This document shows positions 16,990 through 25,378 of a stretch of 25,378 nt of DNA, one piece after another. Every line of letters starts with the position of its first letter. Position 1 is the first letter of the stretch. Made by a program: the position numbers and the translations under genes. Source of the stretch: Candidatus Aenigmatarchaeota archaeon (GTDB taxonomy: Archaea > Aenigmatarchaeota > Aenigmatarchaeia > CG10238-14 > SCSR01); NCBI GenBank assembly GCA_038998625.1, contig JAWADS010000006.1, positions 1 to 25,378 on the forward strand, given 5' to 3'. The notes below the pieces were generated by a model. It did no database searches, was not told where the DNA came from, and saw only the letters and a program-made list of their open reading frames with translations.

Positions 16990-17253
16990 TTAGCTAAATT
17001 TTGAACTTTTTCTTTTATTTTTTAATAAAATCTTGCTAGCATATATATGGGAGCATTCCTTTTCCTTAAGAACAAAAAATTTGCAATCACATAACCATTT
17101 ACCTTGGATTTTATCATAAACCACCATATGCTCTTCTGTTTCACCTTTTACTGTAAAATGAGTTCTTTTTTCAGTTTCTATGTCGATATTAACTTTATTT
17201 CCTCGAAGCAATTTCATAGCCTTTTTATGAATAGATTTAGATATTTTTTCCAT
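16990..17253 (-). CDS. SWIM zinc-finger protein
   Basis: WLCDC...ECSHIYA (CxC-xn-CxH). Confidence 0.8.
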   Translation of the reverse strand: MEKISKSIHKKAMKLLRGNKVNIDIETEKRTHFTVKGETEEHMVVYDKIQGKWLCDCKFFVLKEKECSHIYASKILLKNKRKSSKFS

Positions 17254-17272
17254 AATCAATTAATTGGTAGAT

Positions 17273-17905
17273 ATGAAATTAACGATTTTGTTAATAATGA
17301 TAAACATATCTATTTTTCTATACTCACTACAAAATTTGAATGGTTTCGTCTCTAATTACGGATTTAGCATTAATAAAATAGAGCAAAAACAATATTATGT
17401 GCTAATTACTTCCATGTTTTTTCATGGAAGTGAGGCCCATTTAGCTTATAATATGTTGGCATTATTTTTCCTTGGAATAGTGGTGGAAAAAAACATAAAG
17501 TATTGGAAATATTTGCTAGTTTACCTTTTTTCAGGAATTTTAGGAGATTTATCTTTATATTTACCATTTTTTGGTTACTCAAAAGATACTATTGCAATAG
17601 GAGCTTCAGCTGCTATTTCAGGTTTAGTTGGCCTAGGCTCATTTTTGTTTCCAACTAAAGTTGTCATTTTTCCCACACCATTTCCCATACCTTTTATGCT
17701 TGCTGGAGCAATTTATCTCCTAATCAATTTTTCCAATCTTTTTAATCCAGCAAATATTGCATATTCCGCCCACATTTTTGGTTTGCTAGGCGGTATGCTC
17801 TTTGGATTAATTTGGAGTAAAGATAAAAAGAAGAAAATATCTGTTTTTATCTTATTACTTTTGTTAATAACTGGGTTGCCTTTATTCATTGGATATTTTT
17901 TCTAA
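17273..17905 (+). CDS. Rhomboid-family intramembrane serine protease
   Basis: SMFFHGSEAHLAYNM, GASAAISG (catalytic Ser) and AHIFG (catalytic His). Confidence 0.92.
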   Translation: MKLTILLIMINISIFLYSLQNLNGFVSNYGFSINKIEQKQYYVLITSMFFHGSEAHLAYNMLALFFLGIVVEKNIKYWKYLLVYLFSGILGDLSLYLPFFGYSKDTIAIGASAAISGLVGLGSFLFPTKVVIFPTPFPIPFMLAGAIYLLINFSNLFNPANIAYSAHIFGLLGGMLFGLIWSKDKKKKISVFILLLLLITGLPLFIGYFF

Positions 17906-17969
17906 AGATAAGGAATTTAAAACTTAATGCGAAAGTTTTTTAAAGTTTAGCATTTACTATTTAAGTGGT

Positions 17970-18770
17970 ATGTCTCAACAAGATGGCCGGGCAAAAGAAA
18001 AATATTTAAAAGATTTAAAAGCGTTAGGACAAAAGATCTGGGATAGGAGAGAGTTTGTAGGACTAATATCAGGATTTGCATTTGGTACATTAGCTGCAAC
18101 ACTATTTCCAAAGACTGAAAAAATCGAAAAGATTGAAAAAGTCCCTTATATTCTAACACAAACTTTAACTAAAACTGAAACAGAAACAAAAGAGGTAACA
18201 AGAGAGATAGGAAAAACAACAAAGGTTTATGAAACCACAACAATTACTAAACCTACAACTCTTACTCACTCTACAACAACCTCTGTAACAACAACTCAAA
18301 CTATTACCTCAACGATCACTGAGTTATATGGTAAATCAAAAGGAGGATTAGCAGATATAGCCCCACTTATTGGAGATGGTAGAAGAAATATAGAAGAGCT
18401 TTATGTTTTTCCGCGAGTTCCTTATGGTGGATATACATATTTCATAGATGATTCAGTAGCAACTTTTAGAAATCGACAAATGAAAAGATTTATACAAAGT
18501 AGAGATATACACTTTCCATTCGATTATGCTAGAGGATATATAAAAATAGAAAGAAAAAATAGAACAAATCCAAGGTTAGAAGATTTGCTTCTCAATTTAA
18601 GTTTTTGGAATATAAGTGATGAAAGAAAACCTGTTTATTTGGAAATTGAAAGGGAAGAACCATTACCCTTTGCCCTTCAAGATATGTTAGATGTTGGTGA
18701 GAAGGTCAAAGTATTTTATTCATTAAATGGTAGAGATTATAATTTTCTTGGAGAGATAGAAGGTGTATAA
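17970..18770 (+). CDS. Exported or anchored protein with a twin-arginine-like signal and Thr-rich linker
   Basis: DRREFVGLISGFAFGTLAATLF followed by a long T-rich tract. Confidence 0.7.
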   Translation: MSQQDGRAKEKYLKDLKALGQKIWDRREFVGLISGFAFGTLAATLFPKTEKIEKIEKVPYILTQTLTKTETETKEVTREIGKTTKVYETTTITKPTTLTHSTTTSVTTTQTITSTITELYGKSKGGLADIAPLIGDGRRNIEELYVFPRVPYGGYTYFIDDSVATFRNRQMKRFIQSRDIHFPFDYARGYIKIERKNRTNPRLEDLLLNLSFWNISDERKPVYLEIEREEPLPFALQDMLDVGEKVKVFYSLNGRDYNFLGEIEGV

Positions 18771-18772
18771 TA

Positions 18773-21475
18773 ATGAAAAAATTTTTATTTTTAGTTTTAT
18801 TACCATTTTTTCTTTTTTTACCAAAATTAGCACAGGCAGCTATTTGTGATGTAATCATTTTTGATATTGAACATACAAGCGAATTGAAAGAAGGTTCGCC
18901 TGTTAATGTTTATGTAGAAGTTTTTAATAGCGGGGATTTAGGAGGCAATGTTCACATTACCTTTGAGGGTTTGGATGATAATGTGTATTCAAAAGATGAA
19001 TATTTTAATCCTGGAGATATCAAAAGAATTTATTTCAACAACATAGTTCCTAATAGACATGGTTATGTTGAAGTTAAAGCAACAGCAACTATAAACTGCG
19101 CGCCGCCTGCAGACGATCAAAGAATAGAAGTATGGTATGTCTTACCAGCAGAATTTGATTTTTCAATTTTCCTTTCTCCTTCTTCCGGAACCACGACCCA
19201 AGGAGGAAGTGTAACTTCTACTGTAACAGCAACTTTAACTTCCGGCTCTACACAATCAGTAAGCTTTTCATGCACAAATTTGCCTAGCGGAGCATCATGT
19301 TCATTTTCTCCGCCTAGTTGCAATCCAACATGCTCATCTACTTTAACCATTACCACATCTTCTAACACACCTCCCGGAACATATTCTATAACTGTTAAGG
19401 GTACAAGAGAGAGCAAAACAAGATTTGCTACATTTACCTTAACTATCACAAGTGCAACATATTCTGCCACTTTCTGTCAATCTGGTATACCTTCTAGTGT
19501 AATTTGGGGGGTAGAAGTTAATAATGTGTTATATACTACTTCAACTTCTTGTTTAACAATTTCTGGATTATCTGGAACCGTTTCTTATAATTATCAATCT
19601 CCGGTTCAAGGATCTCAAGGAATAAGATATGTTTGCACCTCTGGGTGTTCAGGATCAATTTCTTCATCCACGACAAGAACTGCATATTACAAAACTCAAT
19701 ATCAGCTAACAATGAGAGTAAATCCTTCTAATAGTGGAACAACAAATCCAAGTGTTGGGAGCCATTGGTATGATGCTAACTCTATAGTTACTATATCAGC
19801 TTCTCCCAATCCAGGCTATCAATTTTCTTCTTGGTCAGGCTCCGGAACAGGAAGTTATTCTGGCTCAGCAAATCCTACTACCATTCAAATGAACTCACCA
19901 ATAATTCAAACTGCAAATTTTGCCCCTATATCAACTTTTGATTTTTCGATAAATTTAAACCCTAGCTCTTTAACAATACAGCAAGGTCAATCAACTTCTT
20001 CTACAGTTATAGTCAATTTGATAAGTGGAATTCCACAATTAGTAAGTTTATCAGTTTCAGGATGTCCGCCATCTTCTGCGTGTAGTGTTAATCCAAGTAT
20101 TGGATATCCAAGTTTCACTTCAACCCTTTCAATCTCCACCAGCTCGACAACACCTCCAGGCACATATTCTATAACTGTTTTTGGTACTAGTGGAAATCTA
20201 GTAAGGTCTGCGGTTCTTACTTTAACAGTTACATCTCAACCACCACAATGCATTAGACAAAATCCTACTGTAACAATTTCGCCTTCATCTCAAAGCACTA
20301 CAGCAGGGCAAACTTTAGTTTACACTGTTAGTGTAACAAATAATGATAATTCAGCTTGTGGTAGCTCAATATTTAATTTAGCAGTAGTATCGTGCCCACC
20401 AGGATTTAATTGTAACTTAGCAATAAATTCTTTAACTATTCCCCCTCAATCAACATCTTCAACGCAAATTTTTGTAACTTCTCCTACTACGGCCAGCGCA
20501 GGAACTTATATCTTTAGTATAAGGGCTACAAATACAGCTGATATAACTAAACAAGGAGCTGGTTCTGCTAACTATGTAGTTTTGTCTCTTCCTCCAACTT
20601 TTGATTTTTCCATATCATTAAATCCATCCTCTGGCATAGTAACTCAAGGCCAGGGTATTCAAACAATAGTTAACTTAAATTTAATAAGTGGAGCTTCCCA
20701 ACTTATAAGCCTTTCTTGCGCTAATTTGCCTCCAACTACAAATTGCAATTTCTCACTTCCATCTTGTAGCCCAACTTGCTCTTCCCTCTTAACAATAACA
20801 ACTTCCTCTTCTACCCCTATTGGATCTTATAACATCTTAGTTTTAGGGAGTAATGGAAGTATAATAAAATCTTCAACCTTTTCACTAACCATACAACCCC
20901 CTCCTCCTGGCCCCTTTGACTTTAGTATTTCAGCAAGTCCCTCAAGTTTAATAGTTCATCAAGGAGAGATAGCTTCCTCAACCATAACTTTGACTTTAAT
21001 TAGCGGTACTACAAGGCCAGTAACTTTTTCAATAATAGCTCCCTCAGAAATTCAAGCAAGCATCTCACCAACTTCTTGCAATCCTACTTGTAGTGCAGTA
21101 CTTACCATAAGCACCAATAGCACAACAACCCCAGGAAATTATTTAGTTTTAGTAGTTGCTTCTGGCTCAACAAAAACGATTTCCATTCCTATAACAGTTT
21201 TAGAGGCAGTTCCATTTCCTATAACACTTCAACCTATTAAAGCACAACCTAAACAAGAAATTGTATATCCTATAGGTTTCTCAGCACAAGTTATAAAAGC
21301 TGCGGAAGCTATCACCCCAACACCACCCATAGAAATGGTTAGAGTTGCGGTATTACCAATACCATCACTAGATATTTTCACTTTGTTGGGAATTGTGATA
21401 TTAATAATTTTATTTTTCTGGTTGTTTATTTATCGAAAAAAATTTAGAATGAATAATGAACCTGAAGATCCCTAG
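18773..21475 (+). CDS. Cell-surface protein with tandem Cys-containing Ig-like repeats and C-terminal TM anchor
   Basis: Signal peptide ending LAQA; FDFSI.L.PSS...QG...T...TPxGxYxI.V repeats starting near 19154, 19937, 20600 and 20915; C-terminal TM followed by RKK. Confidence 0.85.
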   Translation: MKKFLFLVLLPFFLFLPKLAQAAICDVIIFDIEHTSELKEGSPVNVYVEVFNSGDLGGNVHITFEGLDDNVYSKDEYFNPGDIKRIYFNNIVPNRHGYVEVKATATINCAPPADDQRIEVWYVLPAEFDFSIFLSPSSGTTTQGGSVTSTVTATLTSGSTQSVSFSCTNLPSGASCSFSPPSCNPTCSSTLTITTSSNTPPGTYSITVKGTRESKTRFATFTLTITSATYSATFCQSGIPSSVIWGVEVNNVLYTTSTSCLTISGLSGTVSYNYQSPVQGSQGIRYVCTSGCSGSISSSTTRTAYYKTQYQLTMRVNPSNSGTTNPSVGSHWYDANSIVTISASPNPGYQFSSWSGSGTGSYSGSANPTTIQMNSPIIQTANFAPISTFDFSINLNPSSLTIQQGQSTSSTVIVNLISGIPQLVSLSVSGCPPSSACSVNPSIGYPSFTSTLSISTSSTTPPGTYSITVFGTSGNLVRSAVLTLTVTSQPPQCIRQNPTVTISPSSQSTTAGQTLVYTVSVTNNDNSACGSSIFNLAVVSCPPGFNCNLAINSLTIPPQSTSSTQIFVTSPTTASAGTYIFSIRATNTADITKQGAGSANYVVLSLPPTFDFSISLNPSSGIVTQGQGIQTIVNLNLISGASQLISLSCANLPPTTNCNFSLPSCSPTCSSLLTITTSSSTPIGSYNILVLGSNGSIIKSSTFSLTIQPPPPGPFDFSISASPSSLIVHQGEIASSTITLTLISGTTRPVTFSIIAPSEIQASISPTSCNPTCSAVLTISTNSTTTPGNYLVLVVASGSTKTISIPITVLEAVPFPITLQPIKAQPKQEIVYPIGFSAQVIKAAEAITPTPPIEMVRVAVLPIPSLDIFTLLGIVILIILFFWLFIYRKKFRMNNEPEDP

Positions 21476-21517
21476 AAAAATTCAAATACTAAAAAATTCT
21501 TTAGTTTTTAGAGAAAA

Positions 21518-22462
21518 ATGCAAGAAGCTATAAAGAAATTGAAAAAAATAAAAGCAAAAAGAATTTTTGTCCAATTTCCAGAAGGTTTAAAACTAAAAAT
21601 TCAAGATGTAGCAAAGGAGCTAGAAAAAAATGGGTTTGAAGTTGTTCTCTGCATGGAACCTACTTATGGAGCTTGTGATATTAGAGAATATGAAGCTACT
21701 TTGCTTAATTGCGATGCTATTTTGCATATAGGCCATGAAGATTATGGTATAAAAACGGAACTTCCAGTAGTTTATTATCCATTTTTCCTAAATGGCAATC
21801 CTATTAAAATCCTTGAAAAAGAATGGAGCAAACTAGAAAAATATAAAAGAATTGGTTTAGTTACTAGCCTTCAATTTATACCAGCAATGCTAAAGGCAAA
21901 AAAGTTTTTAGAGAATAAAGGGAAAAAAGTTCTTGTAGGCAAATCAGCTACTGAAAAATATGAAGGGCAGATATTGGGCTGCAGAATAGGAGCTGGAAAG
22001 CAAATTGAGAAAAAAGTTGATGTTTTTCTTTGTATTTCAGCAGGTAAATTTTATCCTTTAGGCTTAGCCTTAGCTACAGAAAAACCTGTTTTAAATCTAG
22101 ATTTAGAAACGGGAAAAATTCATAGTTTAGAAGAATTAAAGAAGAAAATAAAAAAGATTGAAGTATGGAATTTAGCCCAATTTAAAGAAGCTAAAAAAAT
22201 TGGCTTTTTAGTAAGTTGGAAGAGAGGGCAAATGTTTGGATTGCCTTTTGAATTAAAAAAGAGGGTAGAAAAAGAGGGTAAGGAAGTTTATATACTGGCT
22301 ATGGATGAAATAAATGAAGAAAAATTACAAGGATTAAAATTAGATGTTCTTGTGAACTTTGCATGCCCGAGGATTGGAAGCGATGATTTAGAAAGATTTA
22401 AAATTCCTTTGATTAATTATAATTTGTTATATCAAAAAAATTTAAAAGCCCAAAAAGTTTAA
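21518..22462 (+). CDS. dph2: Diphthamide biosynthesis protein Dph2
   Basis: QFPEGLK, GACD, HIGH, GQILGC and ACPRI (three Fe-S Cys). Confidence 0.93.
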   Translation: MQEAIKKLKKIKAKRIFVQFPEGLKLKIQDVAKELEKNGFEVVLCMEPTYGACDIREYEATLLNCDAILHIGHEDYGIKTELPVVYYPFFLNGNPIKILEKEWSKLEKYKRIGLVTSLQFIPAMLKAKKFLENKGKKVLVGKSATEKYEGQILGCRIGAGKQIEKKVDVFLCISAGKFYPLGLALATEKPVLNLDLETGKIHSLEELKKKIKKIEVWNLAQFKEAKKIGFLVSWKRGQMFGLPFELKKRVEKEGKEVYILAMDEINEEKLQGLKLDVLVNFACPRIGSDDLERFKIPLINYNLLYQKNLKAQKV

Positions 22463-22504
22463 ATAAGCATCGAAGCAAATATAGCTATATTTAAAAGGGA
22501 AATT

Positions 22505-22786
22505 ATGGAAATAAAAGTTTTGAAAAATGACGGAAAAAGCTTGATTATTGAAGTAAAAGGTGAAACCTTTACTTTGACAAATCTCATTCGTGAAGAGCTT
22601 TGGGAAGATAAAAATGTAAAAGAAGCTGCACAAATCAAGGAGCATCCATATTTGGCTGAGCCAAAAATTTTAGTAAGTGCTTATAAAGGCTCGCATGCAA
22701 CTGCATTAGAAAAAGCAGTGGAAAGACTTATTGAACAAACAAAAGAATTTAGAGAAGAATTTAAAAAAGCTTTGAAAAAAAGTTAG
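22505..22786 (+). CDS. rpoL: DNA-directed RNA polymerase subunit L (Rpo11)
   Basis: GETFTLTNLIREEL...HPY...P pattern; 93 aa. Confidence 0.85.
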   Translation: MEIKVLKNDGKSLIIEVKGETFTLTNLIREELWEDKNVKEAAQIKEHPYLAEPKILVSAYKGSHATALEKAVERLIEQTKEFREEFKKALKKS

Positions 22787-22790
22787 AAAA

Positions 22791-23336
22791 TTAACAAATA
22801 TTTCTGCCTTGTGTTTTAAGAATTTCATCTTTTATATAAAAATTTGTAACATTCATTCTCACTGCTAGTGCAATAGCATCGCTGGGCCTAGCATCTAAGG
22901 TTAAGATATTATCGCCTTGTTGTAAAATTAAATCCGCTATAAAAGTGTTATTTCTCAAATCAACAATTTTAACCATAAGAACTTTTATCCCTAAATTTTT
23001 AAAACTCGCTGCAATTAAATCATGAGTATTCGGCCTAAAACCTATTTTTCCAGCCATACCATCAGCTATAGAAAGGGCTTGATGAGGCTCTGTATTAGCA
23101 ACAATTTGATAACATCCAGATGTCAAAGTAACAATTCCTGTATTTTGAGTAACACTAGCTTCAACTGTAAATTTTGAATAACCTACAGTTGAAATATCTG
23201 GTAAAGAAATCTCTTCCCCTATTTTCAAATTTATATTTTGAGTTTTTAGAAATGAATAAACAGAAAAAATTAAAACTGCAATTGCAATGGCAAAAAAAAT
23301 TATTTCTCTATTCATGTGTTTATGCTTTCTTACCAT
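22791..23336 (-). CDS. Bifunctional nuclease (DUF151) domain protein with N-terminal TM helix
   Basis: RPNTHDLI, TFIADLIL and DARPSDAIALAVR; hydrophobic IIFFAIAIAVLIFSVYSFL. Confidence 0.88.
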   Translation of the reverse strand: MVRKHKHMNREIIFFAIAIAVLIFSVYSFLKTQNINLKIGEEISLPDISTVGYSKFTVEASVTQNTGIVTLTSGCYQIVANTEPHQALSIADGMAGKIGFRPNTHDLIAASFKNLGIKVLMVKIVDLRNNTFIADLILQQGDNILTLDARPSDAIALAVRMNVTNFYIKDEILKTQGRNIC

Positions 23337-23494
23337 TTTAAATATATTTTGTTTTTATAGTATTTTACCTTTTTTGTTTTTTTAAAATCTTTATCCAAGA
23401 CTTCTTATTATAAATTTGACGCTGCCATACAATCCTAAACTTTTTTAATCCTTGCCTAAGTCCATGAAACCTTAACCATTTAAATTTAGGGATT

Positions 23495-23638
23495 TTAATC
23501 CTCCTTCAACCATTTTTCTAAGGCTTCCTTAACAGTTTTTTTAAGATAACCTCTAATACCAAATTTTTTAATAGCTTTTTTAACTATTTTGTCCCAAAGT
23601 TCATCATCATCAAACTCCACAAAAATTTTCTTTACCAT
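23495..23638 (-). CDS. Small ribbon-helix-helix-like DNA-binding protein (47 aa; not in ORF track)
   Basis: MVKKIFVEFDDDELWDKIVKKAIKKFGIRGYLKKTVKEALEKWLKED*; GGTAA SD-like element upstream. Confidence 0.7.
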   Translation of the reverse strand: MVKKIFVEFDDDELWDKIVKKAIKKFGIRGYLKKTVKEALEKWLKED

Positions 23639-23684
23639 GTTACCTAATTAAAAATTGAACGTAAAGAATAAAATTTTTCTGTCG

Positions 23685-23726
23685 AAATCAATATATATAT
23701 TGAAATATATAAATCAATATATATAT
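23685..23726. promoter_or_regulatory. Palindrome plus direct repeat, candidate operator
   Basis: Perfect palindrome TCAATATATATATTGA at 23688-23703; AAATCAATATATATAT at 23685 and 23711. Confidence 0.4.
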
Positions 23727-23736
23727 CTATAAATAT

Positions 23737-23817
23737 ATGGAAAATCGAAAGAAGATGGACGAAGATATATTCGATCCATTAGATGAAGAGGAGATTGAAG
23801 AAGATTTTGAATTTTAA
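23737..23817 (+). CDS. Possible 26-aa acidic micropeptide
   Basis: MENRKKMDEDIFDPLDEEEIEEDFEF*, divergent from the RHH-like gene. Confidence 0.4.
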   Translation: MENRKKMDEDIFDPLDEEEIEEDFEF

Positions 23818-23891
23818 TTGAGCTTTTTAGGATTTAATTAAGAAACAGAGAATTTGAATAGTCAATTTTCTTAAAAATTTTTAAAATATCG

Positions 23892-24212
23892 CTAAACTAC
23901 CATTTTCTTTAATAGAAATTCTAGCGTCTTTATATCATTTGGTAAAAATTTCAAATCTATAAAGAAAATATCTTTTACAAAATTTAACTCCTTTAACCTT
24001 TTTTCAATTTTTTCCCTTGTTGGTTTTCTCTCAATTTCATAAGCAATAAGATTATCTAAATCCACCAAATCTACTACATCTCGATCTACATCAACTTCAG
24101 TAGCTACTTTCTTACCTTTTTCTCTCAAGATTTTAAATAGAATTGCCTTGACCACAAAATGTTTTAAACTCTCCTTTCCGTTATTTAAATATAAGCAATT
24201 AACGTGCTTCAT
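23892..24212 (-). CDS. Hypothetical protein, PD-(D/E)XK nuclease-like
   Basis: ESLKHFVVK...VATEV...VVDLVD...AYEIE pattern. Confidence 0.6.
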   Translation of the reverse strand: MKHVNCLYLNNGKESLKHFVVKAILFKILREKGKKVATEVDVDRDVVDLVDLDNLIAYEIERKPTREKIEKRLKELNFVKDIFFIDLKFLPNDIKTLEFLLKKMVV

Positions 24213-24325
24213 GGAAAAATTTTATTAACAGTTGTCATATATGGGAATAGGACTCTAAAAAGTGGTGGTTTTTAAAATTATTTAATATTTATTTGTGGGG
24301 GAAATGAAAATAATTTAAGAGGGAT

Positions 24326-24745
24326 ATGAAAAAAATAAAAGGAATTTCTCCTTTAGTGGCGGCTGTATTACTTATAGCTATTACTATGACTATCGCAGGC
24401 ATGCTGGCTTATTGGGCAACTAGTTTTACAAAGTCTGGCTTGCCAACAAATGTAACTGAAGTACAATGCATAGGTGCGAATATAAGGGTTTATGATTGCA
24501 AATACAATGCAACATTAAGTAGAGCTGATATTATTCTACAAAATATCGGAAGTGTAGACTTATCAAATATTACAGTTAATATTCAATATTTGAATGCTTC
24601 AATTCAATCCTTTTCTTTAAATGGAACTTTAAATAAGAATACCATAGCAAGCTATCAATTAAATGGCATAAGCTCTGATTACTCCAGATTTATCATCCTT
24701 ACACCCTGCCCCGGCGTGGAAGCGACAACAACTTGTGGTAGGTGA
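24326..24745 (+). CDS. Archaeal type IV pilin
   Basis: Class III signal KKIKG/ISPLVAAVLLIAITMTIAG. Confidence 0.9.
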   Translation: MKKIKGISPLVAAVLLIAITMTIAGMLAYWATSFTKSGLPTNVTEVQCIGANIRVYDCKYNATLSRADIILQNIGSVDLSNITVNIQYLNASIQSFSLNGTLNKNTIASYQLNGISSDYSRFIILTPCPGVEATTTCGR

Positions 24746-24753
24746 ATTTTTCA

Positions 24754-25230
24754 ATGAAAAATGAAAAGGGAATCTCTGGTTTTGTAGCAGCAGTTTTGCT
24801 CATCGCTTTTACTGTTAGTGTGGGGAGCTTAATTTCCATGTGGATGTTGGGATTTACAAGAACTTCTACTGAAACTGTTGGAAAAGAAGCATCGACACAA
24901 ATTTCTTGTAGTTATGCTAGCGTTGACCTAAGAGATTTAAAGTACAATAACTCTTATCTTTCTGGTAAATTTGTTAATACAGGAACTGTAAATTTGGGCA
25001 ACCTCTCTCTTTTTATTTTACTTACCAACGCTTCCCAATTAAGATATAACTTATGTCTTGCTGACAATAAAGTAGTTAATTGTACAGATTCCCATAATCT
25101 TACCCTTGCTCCAGCTGATATCAGATCTTTTAATTTTTCTTCTCCCAACAATTATGATAAAATTAGGCTCACCACTAACTGCACCAATGCTTATGATGAG
25201 GCTAGCAGTTCTGATGTTAGTACAAGTTAA
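24754..25230 (+). CDS. Archaeal type IV pilin
   Basis: Class III signal KNEKG/ISGFVAAVLLIAFTVSVG; Cys pattern similar to the upstream pilin. Confidence 0.9.
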   Translation: MKNEKGISGFVAAVLLIAFTVSVGSLISMWMLGFTRTSTETVGKEASTQISCSYASVDLRDLKYNNSYLSGKFVNTGTVNLGNLSLFILLTNASQLRYNLCLADNKVVNCTDSHNLTLAPADIRSFNFSSPNNYDKIRLTTNCTNAYDEASSSDVSTS

Positions 25231-25268
25231 TTTTTGATGTTAGTTTTTCCTGTCTTTTCAAAATTTAC

Positions 25269-25375
25269 TACCACTTTTGGGAGTTCTAAATCTATATAAA
25301 TTTTTCTATTTTTTCCTAGTTTTATTTATAAAGATTTTGTACCACTTTTAGGAGTTCCAACTCCTAAGAGTTGTA
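25269..25375. repeat. 18-bp direct repeat (25269-25286, 25340-25357) and overlapping imperfect inverted repeat (25340-25375)
   Basis: TACCACTTTT(G/A)GGAGTTC twice; TTAGGAGTT-CC-AACTCCTAA. Confidence 0.7.
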
Positions 25376-25378
25376 TTT

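Noticed and set aside
4358..25151. Opposite-strand ORFs in the track (4358, 5176, 7438, 9988, 11051, 11684, 12421, 12926, 14586, 16185, 17104, 17947, 19117, 22442, 24954)
   Set aside because: They are shadows of better-supported genes on the other strand and have no recognisable motifs.
25269..25357. 18-bp repeats as the start of a CRISPR array
   Set aside because: Repeat too short, spacer 53 bp, only two copies and no cas genes in the window.

Overview
AT-rich archaeal chromosomal segment. A DPANN-like lineage is my inference from the compact gene layout and the GNVGIG-repeat, DUF2341 and pilin surface proteins. Core genes are rfcS/rfcL, mcm with an RPA32-like gene and aIF2-beta, tbp, rnhB, aspS, dph2 and rpoL, mixed with surface/pilin genes and a few accessory genes. 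Top observation: the RNase HII gene is split inside its DEAGRG active-site motif by a 37-nt insert (14564-14600). The insert folds into a bulge-helix-bulge (BHB), and canonical cleavage rejoins the frame exactly, so it is a candidate archaeal mRNA intron outside cbf5. Other notable items: (1) a wHTH-TM-fibre-repeat fusion gene (<1-1746, absent from the ORF track) with a structured leader and a 22-bp GC-rich core conserved at DNA level; (2) an MNT-HEPN toxin-antitoxin pair between 113-bp direct repeats rich in GNA mini-hairpin motifs; (3) two single-base frameshifts in A-runs; (4) a recurrent intergenic motif around two pilin genes. No tRNA, rRNA, CRISPR array, transposase or intein was seen.
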